NCBI GenBank assembly: GCA_963668625.2
Contig: CAXXKA010000004.1
Span: forward strand, 128,001-192,000
DNA: 64,000 bases
Direction: 5' to 3'
Source of the DNA: an uncultured candidate division Zixibacteria bacterium
GTDB taxonomy: Bacteria; Zixibacteria; MSB-5A5; UBA10806; 4484-95
Positions 11,661 through 22,609 of this stretch are shown here, in pieces. The notes under the pieces are model-generated. The model saw only the letters and a program-made list of their open reading frames with translations, did no database searches and was not told the origin of the DNA. Each line of letters begins with the position of its first letter. The first letter of the stretch is position 1. A program made the translations under genes and the position numbers.

Positions 11661-13792
11661 CTATTTATCTACTAAATGGCTAACCGCTCTCCTGGCCTCG
11701 GCAAATTGGCCGGACAGTTTGTGTATTTTCCGGGCGTTTTTATCTATAACGTTCAGATACCTGTACACGTTCTCTTTGGACATCCCCTCGTTAGCCTTCA
11801 TGAACTCGCATGATGCCAGGATACCTGCCAACGGGCCGTTGAGTCGACTGTTGAAACCATCTACGATTTCGAACGAATCAGCCCGATTTTGCAAGCTGGA
11901 CAATTTCTCAGAGGCGATCCTGGTCGATGCGGCCAGTCTCTGCTGTCTGGTCATTTGTTCCTTCTGCATCAAAAGCATAGAGATTACATTGGTTAACAGA
12001 AGCGCGAACACTATCTCTTGAGAACCTATCTGATTTCTTTCAGCGATCCGGCTTTCACCGATCGTAACCACGCCCCTGGTTTTACCATCGATTATGATAG
12101 GATTTATGATACACTGTGACACTCCCTCGGGCATCAGCAGTTTGCTTTCCAATTCCGATATCTTGAGTTTCGAGTCGAGCTGTTTTATTACCTCCGGTTT
12201 ACCGGTGGTGATAACCTTACGGTGAGTGTATAGCTCGGAAAGCGGCAATCCGGCAATAGTCCTCTCATCCCAGGTCAACTGCCTGCGTTGATAGATAGCG
12301 ACAGTCCGGAAATTATCGCGGGCCTCGTTCAAAAGCATTATGCGGCAGAATGTAGCCGGCATCTTCTCCACTATTATCCTCGCCAGCTCACGGTAAATCA
12401 TATTGGAGGGCTTATCGGACATGGTGGTTTCGATCGAGTACTTGATCGCGCCGATTCTATCGAACGTATTTTCCGCCTGCTCGTTGTTCATATCCTCTAA
12501 TAACGCCGAGGATACCACCGAGCAAATAGCATCGCAGGCGATCTTGTCATTCTGGTTGAACGCATGCACCCGGGGAACATCCAGACGAAGTACACCCGCC
12601 ACCTCGCCGTTTAAAACGACCGGCGTATATAGCGAACGTAATTTCTGATCCATGGCCCAGGAATGACCGAAAAGATTTAACTCATCGGGCAACGCCAGGC
12701 TACGTTTCTTCAAACTAATCCAGTTTATGGGACGGTACTGTTTCCCTCCGAAAAACCCTTTTTCGATGATCAGTTTCGCGCCTCCGGTTAAATTAAATTC
12801 CAACGATTGCGGAGCGCCGCTCGATTTCAGGTAAAGATGGATATTCTTGAATTTGATGTATTGTCCCATGAGTTTAGCCAGACGAATTATTCTGGTATTG
12901 AGATTGTCATCGCCGCGGGATGATTTGAGTATTACGGCGATAAAATCTTTGAAAGCCTTATTGTGGGTGATTGATTTCTGAAGACCGTCCTTGTAGAACG
13001 CCAACCCGAGATTGGCGCAAACAGAATCAAGAGCGCTTAATTCTTCCTGCGAGAATACACGTGGGTGGTCCGTATATACCGCCATTACACCTACCCTGCT
13101 TGTGCCGAAATTAACCGGCAAAGCCAGGGCATCTACAACCGGGCCGTCCTCGGTTTCGACTATAACATCGCGATGAACACGTACGCTCTCATCGGCCTGG
13201 AATATCTCATCGGTATCGTAAACTTTATTATACAGGCTGTCATTAACGGTCTGGATAAGATCACGCGATTGTTTCGGTATTCCCACCGAGGTAAAAAGCG
13301 AAAGCTTGCCGTATTTATCGGGGATATGAAGCGAGGCGGCCTGATAGCCGTAGCTTTCGATCAGGTTCTCCGCTATTTTGTTGAAAGTAGCCGGCGAGGC
13401 ATCCCCATAACCGGACACCTTCGTTATCGCCTCGTACAATTGAAGCGACTTGTTTTTTTTCTGAAGCCGGGTTGTCACCGAAAAAAGGTATGGTAACCAT
13501 TCGACCATGCCCCAGATGATAAGCGCCCAACCGCCGATATAGCCAATCACCGACTCGGCGATAAAAACGGCAGCGATTTGATATAGCCGGCGCCGAAAAG
13601 CCCCATGCTGCCGGCCAACCCGATAGAAGCTCCGAATATTACCAGCGAACTGCCAAGTGTCATCAATCTCATAGCCCGGGTGCTATAAAGATGGTATCCG
13701 GACTTTAGTTTCGCAAAAGCTATTAAAACGGCCACAAATGCCATCAAAAGTATGAGTTTTTGATGTGCTAGTACCATAAAAACTTCACCCAC
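11661..13792 (-). pseudogene. Membrane-anchored multi-GAF protein with His-less DHp-like tail, split by an apparent frameshift (ORFs 13547-13792 and 11661-13550)
   Basis: Adding one T to the T5 run (A5 at 13563-13567) joins ...IKSLPF to FIAESVIGYIGGWALIIWG, giving a continuous TM region; may be a sequencing error. Confidence 0.6.
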
Positions 13793-13818
13793 TTTCTTTC
13801 AATAATTATCTGATATAT

Positions 13819-13845
13819 ATATCGGTTGATTGGCGGATATTTTGA
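13819..13845 (-). promoter_or_regulatory. Sigma28 (FliA/SigD)-like promoter
   Basis: TCAA-N15-ACCGATAT upstream of the GAF gene trio. Confidence 0.5.
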
Positions 13846-14153
13846 GTAATTTGACGTTGATTAGCGCATAAATAACCTATGAATAGCTATAAGTTGAAAT
13901 CCGATACAGTTATCTTGTATATAGGGCTTGTCTACGAGGGAGAATTATTTAAATAAGATAAAACATTTTGCTCAGTTTTATGGGCATATCCGCATTTATT
14001 TTATACTTCACCAGCAGGTTGATGGTATATGCATGTTGATAGGTAACCAGTCAAACGGGTAGTACGTAATTTATAAGAGGCTATGTTATTTGAAAATTGC
14101 AGTGGTAGTCCAGACTAGAGCAACCCTTACTCTAGAGAAAGTATTAAATCAGC

Positions 14154-15506
14154 CTATTCCCTGCTGCGATATTCATTTAATTTATTGCGCAGGGTTCGGG
14201 TGGTTATGCCCAGAGCATCAGCCGTTTGAGCTTTATTGAACTCGTTGGCTTCCAATGTCTTATATATAAGTTTCCGCTCCATTTCGGCGATTGTGGTAAT
14301 CTCAAGTTCCGAACTGCTATCAGCCGGTGATGATCCGACTGCTACCTCTACGGGGAAATCGGAAAGCCTCAACTCTTGCTCGGGAGACATCACGACTGCC
14401 CGCTGAATATAGTTTTCCAATTCACGAACATTGCCCGGCCAATTGTAACTCATGAAATGCTTGATCACTTTATCGGTCAGAGTTTTATATGGCACTCCCT
14501 CGCGTTCGCAATAATGGGCGATAAAATGCTCGCTTAACAGCGGGATATCATCGAGGCGTTTGCGAAGCGGCGGAATATCCACCGGGATTACCTGCAAACG
14601 GAAGAATAAATCATCCCTGAAACGACCCTCGTTGACCTCTTTTTTAAGATCACGGTTGGAGGTTGCGATAATTCGAACATCAATAGGAATAGTTTGCCCT
14701 GAACCGAGCCTCTCCAGTTCCCTCTCCTGTATTACGCGAAGTAGTTTTGCCTGGATCGCCGGCGGTATCTCGGATATCTCATCCAGAAGAAGCGTGCCGC
14801 CGTTGGCCTGCTCAAACCTGCCAACAGTGGATTTTACCGCACCGGTAAAGGCGCCTTTTTCGTGACCGAATAATTCAGACTCGATCAATCCCTCGGGCAA
14901 AGCGGCGCAATTCATCTTTATGAACGGTTTCCCGGCACGATTGGAATTGTAATGTATCGCCCGAGCTACCATCTCTTTGCCAGTTCCTGTCTCGCCGCTA
15001 ATCAACACGGTCGAGGGCGAATTGGCTACATTAGTTATGATATCGAAAATCTTGATCATTCCCGGCGAACGGCCTACCAGATTTTCGTATGAATATTGAT
15101 CTGCTATTTCTTTGCGCAGTTGACGGTTTTCGGCTTTGAGCTTTTTAACCTCGAGAGAGCGCTCCACGAGTATCTCCAACTCGTTGGCCGAAAAGGGTTT
15201 TGTCACATAATCAGAGGCTCCTATCTTCATCGCCTCAACCGCGTTATCGATAGTACCGAAAGCGGTCACCATAATAATCCGGCATTCGGGATTGGTGAAG
15301 ACAGCTGCCTTCAGGACATCGATACCGCTCAAGCCTTTCATTTTCAAATCGGTGACAACTAAATCGAACGATTCCTCACGGAGGATTTCAACGGCTGATT
15401 CTCCGCAATCGGCCTGTTCGATATCATAGCCCTTGCGAGTTAATACCTCAACTATAAATTCTCTGACTAAAGCGTCATCATCGACTACTAATATTCTTGC
15501 GCTCAT
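14154..15506 (-). CDS. Sigma54-dependent response regulator (NtrC/FleR-like: REC-AAA+-Fis HTH)
   Basis: REC, GETGTGKE Walker A, ESELFGHEKGAFTGA, WPGNVREL, C-terminal HTH. Confidence 0.95.
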   Translation of the reverse strand: MSARILVVDDDALVREFIVEVLTRKGYDIEQADCGESAVEILREESFDLVVTDLKMKGLSGIDVLKAAVFTNPECRIIMVTAFGTIDNAVEAMKIGASDYVTKPFSANELEILVERSLEVKKLKAENRQLRKEIADQYSYENLVGRSPGMIKIFDIITNVANSPSTVLISGETGTGKEMVARAIHYNSNRAGKPFIKMNCAALPEGLIESELFGHEKGAFTGAVKSTVGRFEQANGGTLLLDEISEIPPAIQAKLLRVIQERELERLGSGQTIPIDVRIIATSNRDLKKEVNEGRFRDDLFFRLQVIPVDIPPLRKRLDDIPLLSEHFIAHYCEREGVPYKTLTDKVIKHFMSYNWPGNVRELENYIQRAVVMSPEQELRLSDFPVEVAVGSSPADSSSELEITTIAEMERKLIYKTLEANEFNKAQTADALGITTRTLRNKLNEYRSRE

Positions 15507-15517
15507 AAATTCACCCC

Positions 15518-16723
15518 TCACAGAGGTAGCTTAATGATAAAAACTGCCCCGCCATCTTTGCTATTGTAAGCCTCTAATTGACCATTATGGTAGTCTACTG
15601 CTTTTTTAACCATCGACAATCCCAGTCCTACGCCATCACTGCGCGTGGTATAGAAAGGCTTGAACAAATTTTCGGGATCATCCTCGGGTAAACCTTTACC
15701 TGTATCGGAAAAAATCATATCCAGGTATTTTTCATCGGCATCCAGCACTAAGGATAACTTCAATGTACCACCATCAGGTTCCATCGCCTGGCAGGCGTTA
15801 TGGATGATATTACCTATAGCTTGACGCATCAAAAGCGGATCGAAACGGCAAATACATTCCTCGAATTCCGCCTCTACCGTTACCTCGCTTTTATCCATAT
15901 AGCCTTCTTGATAAAGCGAACGAATGGTATCATTGATGAATTTCAAGATATCCATTTCACGAAAATCGGGCTCCGTTTTACGGGTGTACTCGAGTAAGCT
16001 GGTAATGATTCGGTTAAGTTCCCTGGCGCCTCGCGAGATTTTATCGACTAATTTAATGCTGCGATGTTCCCCGCCCAAATCGCGCTTGAGCAAATCGGCG
16101 AAACCGATTATGCCGGCTAACGGGTTTCTCACCTGATGAGCCACCGTAGCGGCCATCTCGCCTACCGCCGCCAAAGCCGAAACGTGGCGGATAGTTTCGC
16201 GAAGCTGTTTCTCGGAGGATAAATCGTAGAGGATTTCAACTATCCCGCAATATTCGCCTTCCTTGTCGAGGATACGCGAGGCTGAATAGCCGACAGGCTG
16301 ATTGCCATACCATTTTTCACCTTTGACTTTTACCTCATTGCCAGCAAGTAAATCCGCGGTCGGTCGATGTTCATCGCCGGAGAAAATACCGCTATAGGTT
16401 TTGGCCAGAGCGTTATCACGGCTGATACCGGTTAGTCGTTCGGCGGCCTGATTGAATAAATTTATCTGCCCATCGCTATCGATGACGATCACGCCGGCAT
16501 CGAGGGCCTCCAGGCTATTGTTCAAATACGCCGAAAGTTGCCCATTAATAGCAACGGCATCGGAAAGCTGAGAATTCATATCCTCGAGTTGTTTACTCTG
16601 GCGTTCGAACTCGCCGGATAATTCCTGATAATCCTTTTGAAGTTTATCAGTCAACTCGGTAAGAGAAATATATGAGTCTGCTGCTTTTTTAAATTCGTTT
16701 ACGCGACCTTTTCCTGATTCCAT
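15518..16723 (-). CDS. PAS sensor histidine kinase (FleS/FlrB-like), cognate of the activator
   Basis: Coiled coil, PAS, AHQVRNPL, NACQA/DTGKG/FYTT/GLGL. Confidence 0.9.
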   Translation of the reverse strand: MESGKGRVNEFKKAADSYISLTELTDKLQKDYQELSGEFERQSKQLEDMNSQLSDAVAINGQLSAYLNNSLEALDAGVIVIDSDGQINLFNQAAERLTGISRDNALAKTYSGIFSGDEHRPTADLLAGNEVKVKGEKWYGNQPVGYSASRILDKEGEYCGIVEILYDLSSEKQLRETIRHVSALAAVGEMAATVAHQVRNPLAGIIGFADLLKRDLGGEHRSIKLVDKISRGARELNRIITSLLEYTRKTEPDFREMDILKFINDTIRSLYQEGYMDKSEVTVEAEFEECICRFDPLLMRQAIGNIIHNACQAMEPDGGTLKLSLVLDADEKYLDMIFSDTGKGLPEDDPENLFKPFYTTRSDGVGLGLSMVKKAVDYHNGQLEAYNSKDGGAVFIIKLPL

Positions 16724-16730
16724 GTCGCTT

Positions 16731-16758
16731 AATGTAATAAAATTTCAGGAAATTTCAA
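16731..16758 (-). promoter_or_regulatory. Sigma70-like promoter for the kinase/activator pair
   Basis: TTGAAA-N16-TACATT, 7 nt before ATG 16723. Confidence 0.4.
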
Positions 16759-16776
16759 TGCTTTTATTGTTAATAC

Positions 16777-17865
16777 TTAAAAACAACCGACAATTTCCTG
16801 TGCCATTTTATCGATATGAATCACTTTATCCGCTAAATCGGCCTCAACAACCGAGCGTGGCATTCCATATACTACGCAGGACTCCTCATTCTGGGCGAAC
16901 ACGCAGCCACCCTTTTCCTTAACCAGGCGTAAACCCTCCATACCATCATTGCCCATTCCGGTTAATATAACTCCCAGGGTACTACGGCCGTGAATTCCGG
17001 CAACGGATTTCATCATGACATTTACGGCGGGTTTATGAAGCGTATCGGTTGGCTCATCGGATAGGAGTATACGGCCTTTAGTGGCTGTTCCCTTCACGAT
17101 CAAATGTTTATCGCCGGGTGCAATATATACGACACCGGGATTCAACGGCTCATCCGCCTCCGCCTCTTTAACCTGAACACTGGAAAGAGAGTTCAATCTA
17201 TCTGCTAGCGATTTCGTGAATGTCGGCGGCATGTGCTGAACGACTGTCACCGGTACCGGCAGGTTTTTAGGTAGTTTCGGGATGATTGCCTGGAGCGCCG
17301 GAGGACCGCCTGTGGATGAACCTATCGCAATGATACTCCTACTACCTTTTCCCTTGCAAACCAGGGTCGTAGTCGGCCCGGTTGGGTATTTTATATTTGC
17401 CGGTTTTGATGCTGACAGCAACGCAGCTTTGGATTGCATACGAACCCTGCTCATCAACAAACGTTTATTCTTGGCGATATGCTTGATTTTCGCCAACAAC
17501 TCCTCTTTGATCTTTACGATATCAAGAGCTACGAAAGAAAGCTGCTTGGGAATAAAATCAACGGCTCCCAGGTTCAATGCGTCCAGGGTTGCCGAGGCGC
17601 CGTCCGTAGTAAGCGAACTTACCATCATAACCGGCGTGGGATTTTTAGCCATGATATGTTTGAGTGCGGTCAAGCCATCCATGCGTGGCATCTCAATATC
17701 CAGCGTAACGACATCAGGTTTGAGCTTTTCTACCAGCTCGACACCTTCCTCTCCATTACGCCCCATGCCGACCACCTTGATATCCGGGTCGGACTCGAGC
17801 ATCATGGAAATAGCTTTCCGCATAAAAGCGGAATCATCTACTACTAGTACTCTTACTTGAGCCAT
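16777..17865 (-). CDS. cheB: Chemotaxis methylesterase response regulator CheB
   Basis: REC plus GSSTGGP (Ser), VQHMP (His), GMGNDG (Asp), CVVYGMP. Confidence 0.95.
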   Translation of the reverse strand: MAQVRVLVVDDSAFMRKAISMMLESDPDIKVVGMGRNGEEGVELVEKLKPDVVTLDIEMPRMDGLTALKHIMAKNPTPVMMVSSLTTDGASATLDALNLGAVDFIPKQLSFVALDIVKIKEELLAKIKHIAKNKRLLMSRVRMQSKAALLSASKPANIKYPTGPTTTLVCKGKGSRSIIAIGSSTGGPPALQAIIPKLPKNLPVPVTVVQHMPPTFTKSLADRLNSLSSVQVKEAEADEPLNPGVVYIAPGDKHLIVKGTATKGRILLSDEPTDTLHKPAVNVMMKSVAGIHGRSTLGVILTGMGNDGMEGLRLVKEKGGCVFAQNEESCVVYGMPRSVVEADLADKVIHIDKMAQEIVGCF

Positions 17866-19724
17866 CACCAGGCCTTTGATACTAGATTAAACAAACTAGC
17901 CAGATCGACGATCAATCGAACACGTCCATCTCCCATGATAGTAGCGCCGGCGATACCGGGAGTATCTCCGAGATACTCGCCCATGCTCTTGATTACGACT
18001 TCCTCCTGCCCGATCAATGAATCGACTATTAGGCCGAGTTGCTTTTCGGCCAGTCCGACGACCACTACGCGAATCTGTCCATCGCGGGTCTCATGCTTGT
18101 TGAACAGGACATCCGTTAGCTCTACCAGGGGCAGGATACTATCGCGCAATTTTATCACGGGTTTCTGATTAACGTATTTGATCTGGTTCGGATTTATCAC
18201 CACTGTTTCTTTTACCGAAGTCAGCGGAATAGCGAAGATATCATCACCGCAACGAATAAGTAATCCCTGCACTATAGCCAGTGTCAACGGCAGCTTGATA
18301 GTAACCAGCGAGCCTTTGCCCTCTTCGGTTTCCAGTTCGAGCGTGCCTTTCAGCTTTTCGATATTCGTTTTGACAACATCCATTCCGACGCCGCGTCCGG
18401 AAACGTTGGTGGTTTTGACCGCGGTGGAAAATCCCGGCTGAAGAATGAAATCTATGATCTCTTTATCGGCCAAGGTCTCCAATCGTTCGGGGGTTGTCAG
18501 ACCTTTCTCGATTGCTTTCTTTTTGATAATCTCGAGATTCATTCCCTTGCCGTCATCACGAACCTGTATGATAATGTTATTGCCTTCCTGAAAAGCAGAC
18601 AGGTGTATATTACCGCGTTCGGTTTTCCCGGCTTTGATCCTTTCCTCGGGAGTCTCGACACCGTGATCTACCGAGTTACGGATCAGGTGAACCAGCGGAT
18701 CGTTGATCTCCTCGATCACCGATTTATCCAGTTCCGTCTCCTCGCCCGAGATATGAAGATCGATTTTCTTTTTCAACTCACGGGATAAATCACGGACGAC
18801 ACGGGGATACTTATTGAATACGTTACCGACCTGAAGCATACGCATTTTCATGATCGCCATATGCAGTTCGGTGGTAATAAAATTGATCTGCGAGGCAGCT
18901 TGAGTCAGATGTTCGAACTCGCGGTCGCTTTCGTAACGATGCTGCATTATTCCGGAGGACTGCATCAAGGCGTTTCTACCCAGCACCAGCTCTCCGACCA
19001 TATTCACCAGCGAATCCAGCCTGTCGACTCCAACCCTGATAGTCGAGTCGATTCGTTTCTGGAAATCCTTCTTGGTATTCTTACCGGCCGCCGGAGCTTC
19101 GGCTTTTGCAGCCTCCGCTTTCGGCGCCTGAGCAACCGCTACGGGCTCGGCTGCCTCAGCAGCATGCTCCGGTTCAGCGGCCGCTTCGGTTTCGACTTCG
19201 ACCTCGGCTTCAGGTTCCGCTTCGGCCTCCGCTACTACCGCCTGATCGGATTCTGTCGGAGCCGCTTGAGTTTGAGGTTGTTCGGGCGAGGCGCTTTCAC
19301 CTCCACCACCGGAGTTAACATCACCCTCTTTATATACCATCTCCAGTTTGGCAATGATATCATCCAGTTCGGTACTACCCTGTTTATTTTCGATAATATC
19401 CTGGAGAACGAGTTTCACGAAATCGACCGCCTCCAGTAACACATCCATGATATTCTCGGTTACCTTGATCTCGCCTTTACGCAAGCGATTGAGGACATCC
19501 TCCATGCGATGAGTGAGTCTTGTCAGCTCGGTAAAACCTAAAAAGCCAGAAGTCCCTTTCATCGTATGAGCGCCCCGGAATATTTCGTTCAGAAGGTCAA
19601 GGTTGTCCGGTTCATTTTCAAGTTTAACCAAATTCGAATCGAGCGCATCCACGATCTCATTTGTTTCAACCATGAACTCATCTATAATAGATTGCAACTC
19701 GTCGAGTTCAAAATTATCGCTCAT
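17865..19724 (-). CDS. cheA: Chemotaxis histidine kinase CheA (no P2 domain evident)
   Basis: HPt IFRGAHTMKG, Ala/Glu/Pro linker, dimerisation TIRV..RLDSL, HLIRNSVDHG, SGRGVGMDVV, P5. Confidence 0.97.
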   Translation of the reverse strand: MSDNFELDELQSIIDEFMVETNEIVDALDSNLVKLENEPDNLDLLNEIFRGAHTMKGTSGFLGFTELTRLTHRMEDVLNRLRKGEIKVTENIMDVLLEAVDFVKLVLQDIIENKQGSTELDDIIAKLEMVYKEGDVNSGGGGESASPEQPQTQAAPTESDQAVVAEAEAEPEAEVEVETEAAAEPEHAAEAAEPVAVAQAPKAEAAKAEAPAAGKNTKKDFQKRIDSTIRVGVDRLDSLVNMVGELVLGRNALMQSSGIMQHRYESDREFEHLTQAASQINFITTELHMAIMKMRMLQVGNVFNKYPRVVRDLSRELKKKIDLHISGEETELDKSVIEEINDPLVHLIRNSVDHGVETPEERIKAGKTERGNIHLSAFQEGNNIIIQVRDDGKGMNLEIIKKKAIEKGLTTPERLETLADKEIIDFILQPGFSTAVKTTNVSGRGVGMDVVKTNIEKLKGTLELETEEGKGSLVTIKLPLTLAIVQGLLIRCGDDIFAIPLTSVKETVVINPNQIKYVNQKPVIKLRDSILPLVELTDVLFNKHETRDGQIRVVVVGLAEKQLGLIVDSLIGQEEVVIKSMGEYLGDTPGIAGATIMGDGRVRLIVDLASLFNLVSKAW

Positions 19725-19770
19725 CGCACACTCCTATATCTGCAATAATCCTTGCCTGTAATATGCCCTG

Positions 19771-20370
19771 TTACTTAAGACCTGAAAATATCTGGTCTAT
19801 ATCCTCCTGCTGCGTCTTATTCTCACCTGAAACATTCAGGTTCGGATCAAACGCTTTTTGGCGCTTCTTGCTCGGTACGAGTTTATCCGGTTTGATACCC
19901 ACAGCCTTTAGCATGGTGTGAAGCTTACCCTCGACATCATCCAGAAGCGAAATAGCGTGATCGATCTGCTGCGTGGTAATATCCTGGAACTGCAAAGCAT
20001 CCATGATATTATAAGCATCATTGATATTCGCCTCCGAGTTTTTCCCGATACTTTCCAGCAGCTCTTTCAACTGCTCGTTGTTCTCGATCTTGCCTTCCGC
20101 GACAAGCTCTTTCGCCTTGTTGATCTCCGAGGATATATCGGCCTCACGATTACTAATCGATTCGATCATGTCCAGCACCTTGTTAGCGGCGTTCTCGGTC
20201 TGCTCGGTTACCTTCTCGAGCTGCGAGGTGGTAGTCGGCAACTGGTCGGATGATTCCTGCATCGGTTTCTTGATCGAACGGAAAGTCGACATCATGACGC
20301 CGATCGAATCGGTAAGCTCTTTGAGCTCGCTGCGGATCTGCTCCGTTACTTTTGACTTATTCTCTGCCAT
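19771..20370 (-). CDS. cheZ: CheY phosphatase CheZ
   Basis: Helical; TENAANKVLD, ALQFQDITTQQI (DxxxQ), C-terminal QEDIDQIF. Confidence 0.85.
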   Translation of the reverse strand: MAENKSKVTEQIRSELKELTDSIGVMMSTFRSIKKPMQESSDQLPTTTSQLEKVTEQTENAANKVLDMIESISNREADISSEINKAKELVAEGKIENNEQLKELLESIGKNSEANINDAYNIMDALQFQDITTQQIDHAISLLDDVEGKLHTMLKAVGIKPDKLVPSKKRQKAFDPNLNVSGENKTQQEDIDQIFSGLK

Positions 20371-20380
20371 GATACTCCCC

Positions 20381-20761
20381 CTATACGCTCTCTAATACCT
20401 TGTTGATCTTCTCAGCAAGGGTCTCAGGAGTAAATGGTTTGACAATGTAATTATTCACTCCGGCTTTCATAGCCTCGATAATATCCTCCTTGACCGACCT
20501 GGTAGTAACCATTAAAACAGGCATCGACTGCAGATCGGGATCGGATCTCATAGTGCTAACGAAAGTTAAGCCATCCATCTCCGGCATATTCCAGTCGGTG
20601 ATAACGAAATTGAAATTATCGGTTTTCAGCTTGGCCAGCGCGTCTTTGCCGTCCGATGCCTCGACGACATCCTCGAAACCGGCGCGCTTCAATGTGTTGA
20701 TGATGATCCTTCGCATCGTCGGAGAATCATCAACTGCCAGTATTTTTAAGTCAGCAGCCAA
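20381..20761 (-). CDS. cheY: Chemotaxis response regulator CheY
   Basis: VDDSPTMRRII, TDWNMPEMDG, YIVKPFT; TTG start after GGAGG. Confidence 0.9.
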   Translation of the reverse strand: MAADLKILAVDDSPTMRRIIINTLKRAGFEDVVEASDGKDALAKLKTDNFNFVITDWNMPEMDGLTFVSTMRSDPDLQSMPVLMVTTRSVKEDIIEAMKAGVNNYIVKPFTPETLAEKINKVLESV

Positions 20762-20776
20762 CTTACTACCCTCCAT

Positions 20777-21166
20777 TTATGTAGGTTGTTTTATTTGCAA
20801 AAATTTGGAAACCTCAGCCAACAAAACATTCGGCTTGAACGGTTTCACCAGGTAGGATGTCGCCCCTACCTCATCTCCCAGCTTCTTATCCTTCTCCTCC
20901 TCTTCCGAGGATAAAATTATAATCGGCAACTGCCGGTATTGCTGGTTTTCTCTGACGGTCTTGATGAACTCGTAGCCATCAACGTTCGGCATATTCAGAT
21001 CAGTGATAATCAAATCTACCCCGTCAGGCATCGCTGAAAGTTTCTCCAGCGCATCCATACCATCGGTAGCGGTCACGACTTTCAGGCCGGCAGACCTCAA
21101 AGCGAACGATACGAATTTTACCACCGTCGGGGAATCATCCACTGCCATTACTGTATAATCAGCCAT
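20777..21166 (-). CDS. Single-domain CheY-like response regulator
   Basis: VDDS, TDLNMP, VKPF. Confidence 0.9.
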   Translation of the reverse strand: MADYTVMAVDDSPTVVKFVSFALRSAGLKVVTATDGMDALEKLSAMPDGVDLIITDLNMPNVDGYEFIKTVRENQQYRQLPIIILSSEEEEKDKKLGDEVGATSYLVKPFKPNVLLAEVSKFLQIKQPT

Positions 21167-21181
21167 ACTGTCACCCCTATG

Positions 21182-22108
21182 TTAATCCTTTTTGTAAACA
21201 AGCCCGTTTTTAAGATAAACCAACTTGAAGGCCTTGCTGATTCCATGGAGAGATTCGGAATGTCCGATAAAATAATACCCTCCTTTGACAAGACTGTTGT
21301 AAAAGAATTTGGTTATCTTACGTTTCACATCATCTGAAAAGTATATCGTAACATTTCTGCAAAATATTATATCCACGTTCTTCACCAGCGACATTTTTAA
21401 TTGATCGGTCATATTAATTTGCGAGAATTTAACCATCCGTTTGATATCATCATTGATCCTATAAACCGAACCTGTTTTGGTAAAGTGCTTATCAATATAA
21501 GGTTTAGGCGTGGTTCTGAGTGCCAGTTCGTGATAAATGCCTTTTCTCGCGGCTTGAAGTACGTTTTCGGATATATCGTTGGCGATGATCTCGCAATTGA
21601 AACCTTTCAACTGGATTTCCTTCTCTCTGAGATACATCGCGATAGTATAAGGTTCTTCACCCGTCGAACAACCGGCGCTCCAAATTCTAAGAGTTTTATT
21701 ATGTGATTTATTCTTCTCGTCTATCACCAACGGCAACACCTCATCGGAAAACGCTTTCAACTGCGGCAGATTCCTGAAAAACGACGTCTCGTTAGTGGTC
21801 AGAAGATTCATCAGCATGTTGAACTCTTTCATGGTGGTATCGTATTTGACCATATAGAAATAGTCTTTGTAGCTTTTGATACCGAGTTCTTTCATACGAT
21901 TGGCGAGCCTGTTTTTCACCAGATACATCTTGGCCTCCGGGAAATACATACCCGACTTCTCATGTACGAAATCCCGAAATTGAATAAACTCTTCCATCTT
22001 CATCTCCACGCCTGCCTTGAAAGCCGAGGGTGGAGGGACGGACGGCGCTTTCTGCTGCACTGGCGCAGCCGCCGGTTTTGGTTTAGCTAGTGTATTTTGA
22101 AGAGCCAT
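21182..22108 (-). CDS. cheR: Chemotaxis methyltransferase CheR
   Basis: TTNETSFFR, IWSAGCSTGEEPYT, IFCRNV.IYF, GHSES. Confidence 0.95.
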   Translation of the reverse strand: MALQNTLAKPKPAAAPVQQKAPSVPPPSAFKAGVEMKMEEFIQFRDFVHEKSGMYFPEAKMYLVKNRLANRMKELGIKSYKDYFYMVKYDTTMKEFNMLMNLLTTNETSFFRNLPQLKAFSDEVLPLVIDEKNKSHNKTLRIWSAGCSTGEEPYTIAMYLREKEIQLKGFNCEIIANDISENVLQAARKGIYHELALRTTPKPYIDKHFTKTGSVYRINDDIKRMVKFSQINMTDQLKMSLVKNVDIIFCRNVTIYFSDDVKRKITKFFYNSLVKGGYYFIGHSESLHGISKAFKLVYLKNGLVYKKD

Positions 22109-22165
22109 TTTTCACCCGCATTTCATTAAGTTTTACTAAGTTGCCCCATCCTTTTATAGGATTCC

Positions 22166-22609
22166 CTATTCATTGCCCGAGACAGCATTTGCTTTTTTGG
22201 GAACGTAACCGCTTTCGGTCCTCGCCCGGTATTCGGAGATCGCCTTGCCTACGGCCTCGCTTAACTCGGCAATTTTAAAAGGCTTTATCAAATAATCGAA
22301 AACTCCGTTGCGAATCGATTCGATCGCGCTGTTCATCGAGGGGTAAGCTGTCATGATTATTACCGGTATCGAAGGCAGCCGCTGTTGAAGTATGCCGGTG
22401 AATTCTACTCCATCTATCTCCGGCATTTTCAAATCAACGAGCGCCACTTCGAACTCGATACTATCGAGCATCGCAACGGCCTTCTTGCCGTTTTCGGCAA
22501 GATGTACGTTGTAGCCTTCTGAGGTCAGGAAATCGAACAGAAGATCCCTGATCAACAACTCGTCATCCACAACCAGAACACCCGATTTATTTAATTTATC
22601 TTGATTCAA
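22166..22609 (-). CDS. Single-domain response regulator
   Basis: VVDDE, VDLKMP, MTAY, KPF; TTG start overlapping HEAT gene end (ORF track extends to 22693). Confidence 0.85.
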   Translation of the reverse strand: MNQDKLNKSGVLVVDDELLIRDLLFDFLTSEGYNVHLAENGKKAVAMLDSIEFEVALVDLKMPEIDGVEFTGILQQRLPSIPVIIMTAYPSMNSAIESIRNGVFDYLIKPFKIAELSEAVGKAISEYRARTESGYVPKKANAVSGNE

